A DNA stretch of 64,000 nucleotides from Adineta vaga (GCA_021613535.1 CP075492.1:15004001-15068000); one strand, 5' to 3'. Counted from the stretch's first letter, positions 27,544 through 39,990 are shown. Numbers and translations are program-made. Notes: generated by a model not told the origin, from the letters alone.

Positions 27544-27794
27544 CATCTAAAACGACAATTATCTCGATTTTCTTCTATTTATTCAGTGACACACTCAACA
27601 GATGTTATATGATATTTTTTATTCTTTTCATTTTATTAAGAATAAAATTTTGTTAACTAAAAGATTTACGACGTCGGTTTTCTCCTCAAATGCGTATCAA
27701 GTTTTATGACACTTTTTCGTCAATAAAATATTTCTTTATCATTTGTAGATGATCATAGATTAGAATCATTGGTATATCGACGAGAAAAGTGAGA

Positions 27795-28199
27795 ATGGCA
27801 CCTTTAATAGCAATAGAACGACAACGTGCACGACGGCAAGTTTTAGAATTCAATGCTGGTTCTAATAAAAAGGTTCTCAAACCGCGTATACATATCAGTG
27901 GAAATAATAATAATTTATCTCTTTGGGCAGATAAATCTGATAAAGATACTGACTCAAATGGATTGAAAACAGTTAATTCAGTTCTTAAAGATGGTAGTGA
28001 TCTCTTGGGTGCACCTGGTAGATTAGCCAATAGCATTCAGCAAAATTGGTTCGTTTATCTTATACTCATTGCTGTCATTCTTGTTTGTATTTTACTGTTA
28101 TATTGTATTATTCGATATCATTGTTCAAAAAAAGCAAGTTGTTTAAAAAAACAGACAAGATCATCGAAATCAAGAACAGATTCAGCATTACTACTCTAA
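27795..28199 (+). CDS. Single-pass membrane protein paralogous to 27211-27543; 5' end uncertain or damaged
   Basis: RARR furin-like site; GSNKKVLKPRIHISGNNN matches GSKKLNPSIDVSGNNN; TM WFVYLILIAVILVCILLLYCII; Cys/basic tail. Confidence 0.6.
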   Translation: MAPLIAIERQRARRQVLEFNAGSNKKVLKPRIHISGNNNNLSLWADKSDKDTDSNGLKTVNSVLKDGSDLLGAPGRLANSIQQNWFVYLILIAVILVCILLLYCIIRYHCSKKASCLKKQTRSSKSRTDSALLL

Positions 28200-28325
28200 T
28201 AGCAAATTAGAGAAGTTCAAAATTACACTAATGATAAGAAAGAACATTTTTTTCTGTTATATTATTAAATGAGAGAATACAATATATTATATATATATAT
28301 ATAAGAGTGATCGATGAAAATGAAT

Positions 28326-28390
28326 CTTGTGGGTATAGATATAGGTGAGAGTTAGGTTACGTAATCCTCATCCATACTCACATCCTCAAG
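28326..28390. repeat. TGAGGGTG-family hairpin at the right edge of the orphan cassette
   Basis: cttgtgggtatag...taatcctcatccatactcacatcctcaag. Confidence 0.6.
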
Positions 28391-29335
28391 ACGTTTGGCT
28401 GTCGGGAGATACGAATTCGATTCCTATTCTGATTTTACTATCTTCACTCAACAAGTCGTTCATGTTTGTTGAGGCATATCTACTGTAGATGCATTCTTTG
28501 AAATATGACGTACGTTTTCTGTTGAGTAATTGAAAGTGTTTCCACATCATGTTTACTTTGTATTTTTTTCTTTATTTAATGCACTTTACCTGAAACAAGG
28601 AAAAAAAATATCGGACACATAGAAGAAAATATTTTAACGTTACTAGCTCATTTTTTCAAGATCTGGACGTTTCTTTGCAGAAAAATACTCATGCATTTAA
28701 AATTAATTGACACAGAAACAAAACCAAGAGAAGAATTCGGAAAGAAAAAATAAAAGCTGAGAATGAACAAATCTTGACGTTAACAAACATAGAAAAAATA
28801 AGTTAATATGTTTAATTAAATGCTCTTCTCTTGTGTGTAAAGCAAAAAAAGTTTCACCCTCTTAGATGAAACTTCTTTATGTGTTTTACGTGCAGTTTTA
28901 CTTGAGCATTACACGTGAAATTCTCTAACAACACAATACAAAATTTTGCAATATACTGACGCCAAGTAAGATGAAAGGTTTGTTCAGAGTCGTTTAACAT
29001 GAATCCTTTTTGAATAATTCGACGCTTGTACAGCTAGCCCATGACAGTATTATAATGTGAACATCTTTTTGATCGCATGCATTTGAATGGATGAAACAGA
29101 GTTATTTCTTACAGCGCCTATAGTAAATAAATTAAACGTTGTCGAAGTAGAGCATAATGTATATTACAGTGTTATGTGTGTTCACTCTAAGAAACTCTTA
29201 CGAATTGATATCAGATTAGTTGAAAAGCATCAATATTATTTTTATATTGAAGAAAACAAAGTCTCAGGATGCTTAATTCGACTTGCTGTTTCTTCGGTAC
29301 ATAAAATCTCATACGTTTAACTAAAACCGTTTTTA

Positions 29336-32300
29336 GTGTCGATTCTCCTACGACATATTCGAGAGTGGTTAACAAAATTGATACACATAATTATAAATTT
29401 TAATCTGTTTGAATCGGTGCCACCTTCAACTAATGAATATGAACTTCAAAATCAACGAATATCGACTCGATTATTCGCTATCCTGTTGATATTCTTGTTT
29501 GCAATACTTTTCATGTATAATTCATTAACTGATATCACCGTTACGGTTGCAATAAAAGAACCAAATTTAGAACGATATTCACAATTATATTTAACATATG
29601 CAAACAGTCTTACATGTCCATGTACAACAACATCGGTTACTTACAACAAATTCTTTCATATTGACTACACATTTCATCAACTGTGCAATAGTATCTTTAT
29701 GTCACAAGATTGGTTTGATTTTCTCGATCGCTACATCAACTGGGCAAGGTATACACTTGACAACTTCCTATACAATAGTAGGGTACACTTTCAAGTATTG
29801 AATATGTTTTGTCAAATATCAAATCAAACAATTTTAAACAGTTTAATTCAATTAAATTCAACTCAATTTGTTAGTGCAAGTGTTACACCAGCACATATAT
29901 TTACAATACAAAATGAAGCACTGATTAATCAATTCCAAGACTTATTAAAAACAAACATTCTACCTACACTTCATATGATACAATATATTACTCAAGCCAA
30001 TGGACTATTCTCGGCACAGATAACAAATTATGATTTCAAGGTAACATCTGACAATATCAAGATAGATGTATATCCACGATCGTACGGCAATTGTAGTTGT
30101 GATTATTCCTCTAGATGCGTTAACCAAACACGCATCTTTAGATATGACAACGATATAGACGCATTTAATATACCAGGTTTATTCACTGGTTGCTACACTA
30201 TCAATGCAATTCTTCAGTCAACTCTTGAATGTTTTTATAATGAAACATGTGTTACTAAAATTCTGTCATATTACGATGATACTCCATCAGTAAATCTAAC
30301 GCCTCTAAATTCATCATTATCAAGTCAATATTTCGTCAATTCAACAATACAAGATCTTATCAATAATTTAATGATAGAACAATGGAATTCATCTATTTCA
30401 TACGACAGCTATTATGATCAATGTCAACCAATAGAATGTACATATACTTATGAAAAAAGTAATGGTGTGGTTTATATAATCACTGCATCGCTGGGATTGA
30501 TGGGTGGTTTAATAACAATGTTGAAATTAATCATACCGATATCGGTCACACTTATCAGAAAAATTAAAAAACGAATACAAGAATCAGAACAAAGTAAGAT
30601 TATAGTATCTGCGTTTAATTTGTTTGAAACTTTCTGCAATCATACTATACTTTGTCAATATATATATATTCTTTAGGGCAATAATCTTGATGAATTTTTC
30701 TTTTTTTTGTAGGTAATAATGTTAATGCAACAAATATCAGTTTATTATCAAAAACAAAACATCATCTGATAACATTAAATTTATTTCCATCCGTACCACC
30801 TTCAACCAATGAATTTGATCTCCATAACGAACGAATTTCAACAAGAATATTCATCTTCTTATTGATTGTTTCATTAAGTATTCTTCTTCTTTACAATTCA
30901 TTAATTAATATTGATATTACTGTCAAACAAGAAAATCCAACTGTTGAAAAATATTTACAATTGTGTGAAACCTATTCTCAAACACTCGTGTGTCCATGTA
31001 CAAAAGTATCCATAAACTACAAAGAATTTCTTCAAATTAATTATACATTTCATCAAGTTTGTAGTAGTGTGTTTGTAACAGAAGATTGGTTTAAATATCT
31101 TTCCTATACACTTCAAGATAATGATATTCTTTACGATGACTTTCGATGGATAGGTCAAGCACTCTTTCAAGCATTAGATACATTTTGCAAATTAGCTAAT
31201 CAAACAATCTCGAACGGTTTGATTCAATTCTACTCAAATCAATACATTACTGTAGCTGCTACATCACCAGATTTGTTTATATCGCAAACTAAAACATCAT
31301 TGAATCAATCGATAGCCTTGGCAATAACAAATTTTTTTCTTTCATTTAATGTAATGCAAAATACAACTCGAGCTAATATACTATTGTCAGCAAGGAAAAC
31401 AAATTACCATTTTCTGATGGGATATGGAGCTTTTGGTAGTACATTTGAAACGTCGAACATGTCATGCAATGATGGAATTTTACACAAAGATAGTCAACCA
31501 GTTTCAATTTATGATTATCCTGACAATACAGTTTTATTTGACATACCGGGCTTATTCATCGCATGCTATGCCGTTGATGGAATTCTTCAGTCAACTCTTG
31601 AATGTTTTTACAATGAAGCATGTATAAATGGAATACAAACATATATGAATTATACTTCACCAATGAATGCAACACCTCTTGATTCATCATTACCAAGTCA
31701 ATATTTTGTCAACTCAACAGTACAAGAACTTGTCAATAATTTAATGATAGAACAATTAAACATATTACCTGTATACGAGAATTATTATAATCAATGTCAA
31801 CCAATAGAATGTACATATACGTATAAAAGAAAAAACAGTATGATTTATATAATCACTGCATTATTGGGATTAGTCGGTGGTTTAATAACAATTTTGAAAT
31901 TATTTGTACCGACATCGGTGAAGCTTATACGACGACGTCTACGAGGACAAATACAAACAGTAGAATTTGGTAAGAGAAATACATAATTATTGATAATTGA
32001 CATAAATACTGAGTCATAATTAACTATCTAACATACTTAAGTACGTTAGTGACGAAGAAAAAGTAACAAGAGGGATATTAGTTCATAGATAGTGATTTAT
32101 TTGCCATATTTAGATAAAGTTTTATTATTTCAAAATTCTGTGTATAATTTTGCTATTTGTTTTATTTAAGAAACAAATACGAACAGGAAATTTTCAGAAT
32201 ATTGGAATAAAACAAAACAATTTATTCAAACTTTCAATTTATTTCCATCTGTACCACCTTCAATCAATGAATTTGATCTCCATAACGAACGAATTTCAAC

Positions 32301-33458
32301 AAGAATATTCATCTTCTTATTGATTGTTTCATTAAGTATTCTTCTTCTTTACAATTCATTAATTAATATTGATATTACTGTCAAACAAGAAGATCCAACT
32401 GTCGAAAAATATTTACAATTGTATGAAACCTATTCTCAAACACTCGTCGTCCATGTACAAGAATATCCATAAATTATAAAGAATTTCTTCAAATTAATTA
32501 TACATTTCATCAAGTTTGTAGTAGTGTGTTTGTAACAGAAGAATGGCTTCTGTATCTTGCTCGTATTTCTTTGTATCAGTCTCTATATCAAGATGACTTT
32601 CTCTTATTGGGTTATTCAACATTTCAAGCATTATATACACTATGTGAAATGTCTGATCGAACAATTTCAAATAGTTTAACTCAATTCTATTCCAATGCAT
32701 ATATTAGTACATTTACTACATCAAAAGATATATTTTTATCAGTTATCGCACCACTACTTGATCAATTTAAACTATCAACAATAAATAATTTTCTACTTTC
32801 TTTCACTTTAATACGAACTACAATAGGGATGAATGAGATCATGTCGGCATCGCAATCAAATTACTACTATTCTTCTGGTCCAGACATGGACGGTTTCTTA
32901 CGACCTTACACACAAGGTTACTACGGTTGCTATTGTTTTCTTTCAACAAAATGTATCTCACAGTATCCTGTTAAAAGTCATCCTATGATGGAAGCTGGCT
33001 TCTTTATACCAAATTTCTATTATGGATGCTATATCATCGAAGCACTTCTTCAATCAAATTTTCAATGTTTTTATGATGAACTATGTATAAATCGAATACA
33101 ATCATACATAACATATACTTCACCGATAAATGCAACACCTCTTGATTCATTTCTACCAAGTCAGTATTCTGTTAATTCAACAATACAAGAACTTGTCAAC
33201 AATTTAATGATAGAACAATGGAATTCATCAATTTCATACGAGAACTATTATCATCAATGTCAACCAAAACAATGCACATATACTTATAGAACACGAAATA
33301 GTGCGATTTCTATTATTACTATACTATTTGGATTAGTCGGTGGTTTAGTTACTGTTTTAAAACTTGTTGTACCACGATTGGTAAATTTTATAGCATGGAT
33401 TATTATACGACGAAGAAGCAGAAGAATAGTTTTACAAATATCAACCGGACATAATTAA
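29336..33458 (+). CDS. Membrane glycoprotein of three tandem 2-TM/Cys-rich units (exons ~29337-30593, 30713-31969, 32171-33458); 1-nt frameshift in unit 3; first exon not located
   Basis: Each unit has NLF.SVPPS.NE..L.N.RISTR, TM1, CPC, FHQ.C.S, (G/A)CY....LQS...CFY, MIEQ, YY.QCQP..CTYTY and TM2 GL.GGL. Both introns are phase 1 and in frame. A deletion at 32448/9 gives TAA at 32470. Confidence 0.8.
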
Positions 33459-34659
33459 TTAGCATTTTGAAAACTTTACATTTAATGAACTTCTCACACA
33501 TACCATTCTTTTCTCTAAATGCTTTCGAGTTTTAATTTCTTTCATTTGATAAAATAATAAATAAGCAAAATCAATAAAAAAAAGCATGCTTGCTTGTTTG
33601 TTATCCATCGCCGAATATAATAAACAAATTCTTTGAATTTTTTTCTTGAGGATGTGTCATACGAGGTATGAATGTTCAGGTTACAATAGAAGATTTTCTA
33701 TTGCCTGTTGTTTTGGAGAATACCAGACATTGAAAGTACATTCAGAGAAGTATGTTTTACTAAAAATAATCCCGCTCCGAAAGGATTGACTCAATGAGTA
33801 TGTCGAAAATTGAATAGTTTTTCTTCATATAACATGTTCTCTAACTACAAGTTAGAGTAAAGAAGAGAACAAGTATGAGGCCTATGTTCATTTTATAGAA
33901 TACAAAAAAGAACCGAATTATTGTGAGATTAATAACGGTATTTTTCAAAATTGAAGGAGCTGAATTATATTGAAAAACAATTAATTAGGCTGATATTTCC
34001 CAACTTATTCGATGATCCAATATTGTCCAATATAATCAACATTTCTGAAATCGAAGCAAACATCATCAAAGCGCACATATTCGTCAACGGTTCTCAAGGA
34101 ATACTCAGTTAATGTCTAATACTACGGTAGTACTAAGTTATTATAACTCAAATGTTTATTAAATTTATAATATCAAATCACTCTATGCGAGTTAGTTCAA
34201 AACATTTCGATTTATATCAAGACATTTTATATTTTTGAATATTCATACAATTCAACAAAAAAATGGTGAATCTATCATCACTTAAAAATTCTCATAATAT
34301 TTGCCGATGTTATTGATAAGAAAAGGATTTTATATTTAGTCATTTTTTTCTAAAGTAAATACCTGTTGATAAAACTTTTGCGTTCGTTTTTCTCATGTAT
34401 TGAGTATTGTGTTACCGAAGAAACACATAGTCCAATAGTTAATAAAATATATCGCATTTCATTCTTTTTAAAGTACATTTGACTATTCATGAATACATAT
34501 ATGTATTGTATGTACATCGGACAAGATCATCCAAAATAGTACATTCAATATTAATTTTTTTCAAATAATGAAAGAATTGAATTACATCACACTTTACTTT
34601 TCTCCCATATAAAAACATGGATTTCATTATCAAAAGAAAATTCACTTTTCACGTATACA

Positions 34660-35717
34660 ATGATGATGAATTTCTTCTTGTATTATTTTACCGTGTTCAT
34701 CATCGTTACGAATGGAATCGATATTGATGTTAAACAAGATCGTTGTAAGAGACAGACGTCTAATACATGTTTGCTAATGCCACAAGCAACTGAAGGACCT
34801 TACTATTGGAATGCAACATACAATCGACCCAATATAACGTAAATTACTTCACTACAAACAAAATATTTATTATCTAAGTTTATTTAAGTGAAAATCGTCC
34901 AGGAATTCGATTTACATTACATATAACAGTCATCGAAGTCGGAACATGTCAACCAATACCAAGAGCAGCTGTTGATATCTGGCATTGCGATGCCATAGGA
35001 CTCTATTCACATTTCATCAATGCTTCACTTGGTGCTGGTCCACTACCAGGAATGAATGGAACTCGTCCACCAGGTCCACCTCCAGGAACGAATGGTACTC
35101 GACCACCAAGACCACCGGGAGGAGGCAATCGAAATACAGATAATACGACATTTCTACGCGGTATATCCACCTTTATTTTTCAGCCATCAAATAGTACTTG
35201 AATTGTATATTTAGGTCTGCAAGTAACAAATGATGACGGAAAAGCAACGTTTTATACCATCTATCCTGGATGGTATGTTGGTAGAGCGACTCATATTCAT
35301 ATCAAAGTGCATATTAATGGAACTTATGTTGATGAAAGTGGAGTATATACTGGAGGATATACATCGCATACAGGTCAATTATTTTTCGATGATTTATTTA
35401 CTGATCAAGTGGGATCTCTTTTGCCTTATATTTCTCACAATGTTACACGTGTTAGAAATAATATCGATGGTATTTTCAATGGCCAAGGTGGTAATTCGTC
35501 AGTCTTATCTGTAAACTTTATTGAACAAAATCTTGGATTTGATGGTGGTGTTATTGCATCCATAATTCTGGGTATTAATTCTTCATCAATTCCTGATCCA
35601 GTCGAGGGTGGAGGTGGTCCACCACCACCACCGACATCTACGATACGATCCCTCGGAAATGTAGTGACAGTGATTAGTTATACCCTGATTTTATTTCATT
35701 TTATTGCTTTATTTTAA
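34660..35717 (+). CDS. Secreted/anchored intradiol ring-cleavage dioxygenase-like protein (fungal/bacterial type); exons 34660-34838, 34889-35160, 35215-35717
   Basis: Signal peptide; CLLMPQATEGPYY; VDIWHCDAIGLYS; FLRGLQVTNDDG; TIYPGWYVGRATHIHIKVH (Fe ligands); HTGQLFF; hydrophobic C-terminus. Confidence 0.92.
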
Positions 35718-35801
35718 TATAATTTGAACGTAAAGAGGAAATGTCACTGTACCGATAGACACAAACCGCAGCAAAAGGATATATCTTTTGTGTGGTCTAT
35801 C

Positions 35802-35851
35802 TTAAGGGTGAAACTGAAAAAAAGACATCCCCCCATCCAGTTACACCCTCA
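35802..35851. repeat. TGAGGGTG-family short hairpin
   Basis: agggtgaaactg...cagttacaccctca inverted repeat. Confidence 0.55.
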
Positions 35852-35905
35852 GACGACTAGGAGTTACAATAAATATTTCGAGTCCTTTTCTCTAATCAGA
35901 AAAAC

Positions 35906-36471
35906 TTAAAGTTTCAAAATGTGATGTGATCGCATCAAGCGTTTTGTGTAATTGTGATTTGATCTTTGGTACTCCTGAAGGCAGAGGATTTCCTGAGAGA
36001 TCCTGCCAAGGAAAACCACGAAGCGATGGATTACTTGTGGTGCGATATCTCGATCGACCATTGTCCAGTTATAATCAAAGAATGGATTATGCGCATTGCC
36101 CAAACGATCAAAAACTCGTCGACGTTCTTCAAAAGACAAGCGTAACCATGTTCGAAACACAGGACTATCGCTTGTATTTTCAACACGACGATGAACAGTA
36201 TAGCAATCCATCCGAAACTGTGTACGTATGATTGATTCGACATTTGAGATTCCATCGTGCTCCTTGAAATCCATCAACGTGATGTGAATTGATACAATGT
36301 AAAATCGGTGAAGTATCGAACAAATTACTCTCACTGATATTTGCCTTCAATATAATTGGAGCCTCATCTGTATCGAAAATGGGTACTTCGTATTTTTTGG
36401 CCACGATAAGAAAACACATCCATGCGCAACGACCCATCTTTTGTTTGTGTCAACTACTAAACAAACAATAA
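35906..36471 (-). other. Relatively GC-rich segment with overlapping ORFs; probable degraded mobile-element or foreign gene fragment
   Basis: CpG-rich relative to its flanks, ORFs in several frames on both strands, no recognisable family. Confidence 0.3.
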
Positions 36472-37039
36472 ACCGAAAGAAAGAGTACAGTCAACTGTGC
36501 TATCAATAACGAAAATATTAATATGAAATTACATTCCTACGAAAAGTCATGACACAATTGTTAATACCTGATGTATTGAAAGAATAGAGAGAAGGAATTT
36601 GCATCGATCTATACCCTGTCATGATAATTGAAGTTGAATATAACGCAGAAAATATGCTTGCTTCTACATATGAGGCACAATGTCGTTTAAAAATATTTAA
36701 AACAAGATTATAACAAAGAACCTTGTTATCATGGATTACACTTAACTCTCTATCGTTGCAACAGATCGTATTTAAATGTTGATGTCAATAATTCGTTTTC
36801 TTTCGTTCTTATTCTTTTCTAAAAAGCGAAGAGAGTTGTTTATTGCTTTTAAAATGAAATTGTTGTATTTAATTTTCTTTTCTTACCAACAAAAAATAAA
36901 AAGCATGTCACTTCATTACTTGCTCTCATATTTTGTTTCTATTGTGCCCGAGAAAAGCAGAAATTTTTATTAACATTTTTGAATCGAAACTGTCTTCTAT
37001 TCATTGACTGATTTACTGTTTAAGATAAAGACATCAGAA

Positions 37040-38068
37040 ATGACAACTGCCAAAACAGATTCATCTCGTAGAAAACTAGCACTAGTGATTGGTAATAAAA
37101 ATTATAAACGGCAAGAAAATCGTCTGAAACATGCTACCAACAATGCTAGAAAGCTGAGTGATTTGTTGACAACATTGCATTTCGAAGTCACAATACACTG
37201 TAATATTGAGAAAAATATGATGAAAATCATATCCGACTTTGCTGATACAATTAACGATGACGATATGGTCTTATTCTATTATTCTGGTAATTGTCGTCAG
37301 ACTGGTGGTGAAAATTACTTGATACCCACTGATGATGAAAAAATTGAAAGAAATCTTGATATCGAAGATATAGGTGCTTCTGTCCAAAATGCAATGAAGA
37401 GGTTAACAGACAAAAATAAATCCTGCGCAACAATATTTATTCTTGATTGCTGTAAACAATATCTATTAAAAAAGGAATCAGTTTCGAATCGTAAGTGATC
37501 ATCACGAATATTTATCGAAAAATGATGTTTATTTTTCAAAACTCTAGCCCAAGATAAAGGTTTGAAAGCAATGAGTCCACCTGATGAAACATTCATTCAA
37601 TTTGCTTGTGCTGCCAGTGAAACATCATCTCAGAACTTGTTCACTAAACATTTGTTAAGAAATATTCGACAAGAAAATGTTCCCATAACTGAGATTTTTC
37701 AACAGATAGTTCATGATGTATCTCGAAAGAGTCATGGTATGCAAAATCCACTGACAATGAATGGTTTACGTCAACATCATCAGCTCTATCTCAATGAAAT
37801 GTCCGATAGTAAGTAGAATATAACTTCTGGTATAAAGAATAACTTTGTTACTGTTTTTCTAGAAGCGTTAATCAATGATTGTAACAAACGAATTGACGAA
37901 TTAAAACTAGAACTACAACATCTGACTCTCGAAGTTCCGCATAATGGTGATTGCTACGATCGTGCCTTCACTCGTCGTATGGAAAAAATAGAAGCATTGA
38001 TTCACAAATTAAAATTAAAACGTAATGAAGTCATTGTTAAACGCTATTCCGCACATCCTATTGAATAA
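37040..38068 (+). CDS. Peptidase C14 caspase-like protein (bacterial/paracaspase type) with C-terminal coiled coil; catalytic His replaced; 3 exons
   Basis: RRKLALVIGNKNY, LFYYSGNC (for FSGHG), GENYLIP, IFILDCCK, TFIQFACA, LFTKHLL; GTAAGT donors at ~37491 and ~37809. Confidence 0.88.
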
Positions 38069-38163
38069 GTTTTTTGTTTTAATAAAAGAATGAGTGAACT
38101 GTGCAAATAAAAAAATGTCAACTGATGAAGGTTAGGAATTCAGATGTTAAGAATGAACTGTTT

Positions 38164-38652
38164 TTATAAGCTCCAAGCACCAGATCCTGCATTAACTTTG
38201 CCCATGATGTTTTTTGTTTTCCATCCTCCGTAAAAGTCACCTGGTTGTGCTTGAACTTTTTCTCCATTAACATAACAATCCCATGGTCCTACATAAAAAC
38301 TATAATAATCTTTTATATCAGCAAACTTCCCATCAGTTCCATTTGGATTGCCATATGACCATATTCGAGATTTCACAATCGGTTGATTATCTGGTGGTGT
38401 AAAATCATAGTATGAAGCTATACCTTTATATGCACAATATGATGATTTATCATTACGAATGAGATATTGTTGTTTGACATCTTCCGGAGGAATATAATAG
38501 GTAGGAGGATGACCTGTTTCCACAATGCGTATGGCTTTGATTGTATCAGCCAATACTAACTGGTTGTAGGTCACTGTCAAACGTGCTTGAACTGGTTCAA
38601 CAGCAGGTGGACGTGGATAATCCCAAACATTTTCTATCGGAAGATTATCCAT
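38164..38652 (-). CDS. DUF427-family protein (bacterial/fungal type), intronless coding region
   Basis: ENVWDYPRPP, ETGHPPTYYIP, SYCAYKGIASYYD, WSY, CYVNGEKVQAQPGDFYGGW. Confidence 0.9.
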   Translation of the reverse strand: MDNLPIENVWDYPRPPAVEPVQARLTVTYNQLVLADTIKAIRIVETGHPPTYYIPPEDVKQQYLIRNDKSSYCAYKGIASYYDFTPPDNQPIVKSRIWSYGNPNGTDGKFADIKDYYSFYVGPWDCYVNGEKVQAQPGDFYGGWKTKNIMGKVNAGSGAWSL

Positions 38653-39102
38653 ATTTGCGATTATGCTCACCTACTCGACGGATGTTAACGTGAAAAGTAT
38701 TTTATTACTACTAAGAAATCTTGATAAAAAACATCTCTTTATATATGTGTGTTTTAATCATTATGCTTCTTCAATTTTCATCTTTTTCTATTCCATTTCA
38801 CTCTTGCAATTAGTGTTTGACAGAAATAAAATAACGTGTTCATCTTCCGGACTGAATCTTTTTTATGATGTATCATTATAGACAAGCAAAAGAACATACA
38901 ACAGCATGACGATGCATGTTTCATGCAAAGTAATAATTTATGGAAAAACAACTTTCTACTAACCGAACAATAACTCTCTGGTATTTTCTCATATATACTT
39001 TGAATTTAACGAGGATTCTTGAATAGTTTTTGAATAGCTGTATTCGTACACTGATAAAATGTCTATTGATTCATCAGACTATGTTGCTGTTGTATCGTTC
39101 TG

Positions 39103-39990
39103 TATGGTAACGATATTCTAGTTAGTTTAACAAGTAACTATAGAGAAAAAACTATTTTGAAAGATTTTTTATCTACTGGTCTGTTCTTGATTGTTGTCGG
39201 AATCGCTGCGTTTATTATATGGAATTCAAAACGAAAGACAAACATCACGATAACTAATTTAAGTATGTTTCTGTACAGTGATGATTACATCAACAATGAA
39301 GACAACTGCTCCACTATCAAAATTATTAACTATACAGGTCAGTGATATATTATTTAGTTGAATTCATAGAAAGTAAATTTTTCTAGAGCAACTATCTCCA
39401 TCAACAACTGTGCAATGGTTATTGAATGGAAATTTAAATGATTTCTATAGTCGTTATAATGGATGTTTTTTCTGATAGTATTGTTTCATGAATGTCACCA
39501 GGTTATAATGTTTATGTAAGTGCTATTTGTTTTCCACCCGATAATTATATGACTTCCAATTCTTATCTGAATTTAACTTCAATAAGTTTTACAATTTCTG
39601 CTTGGATATGGTCTTTGAACAATTGGTGTATACCAATGATTGGATTTGATATTTCTGGTTGTCTTTCAATTCAGACATTAAATAGTAATGGAATATTACC
39701 ACTGTATCATTGGAATCATATTAGTATGACTTACTCAATTTTTAATGGTATTCAACTTTTTATTAATGGATTATTGACTAATAGAAATGATACATTCCGT
39801 AGTTATTTAGCAAGTGGACAAATGAATACAATCATTCTTGGAACTGATCTCTGTCCGAATATTAGTATTATTAATCAAACACGTATTGTTCCTGCTCTAT
39901 TTCATGGAAAAAATTGATGAATTGAAAATCTTTTCTCGAGAATTATCATATGAAGATATATATATCAACTTGCACAAGTTTAATGTGTTG
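39103..39990 (+). pseudogene. Degraded TM + LamG/concanavalin-A-like domain gene
   Basis: SFTISAWI, WNHISMTYS, QLFING, FHGK/IDELKIFSRELS, with an in-frame stop at ~39473 and a frameshift at ~39910. Confidence 0.6.

Noticed and set aside
25958-28390. Autonomous TIR transposon
   Set aside because: No transposase and no clear TSD. Each flank is itself a self-contained hairpin of a family common in the window, so the bracketing may be chance.
35860-35905. Hammerhead ribozyme-like CTGATTA-GAG...CTC-GAAA on the minus strand
   Set aside because: The core deviates from CUGANGA, and stems I and III cannot be paired convincingly.
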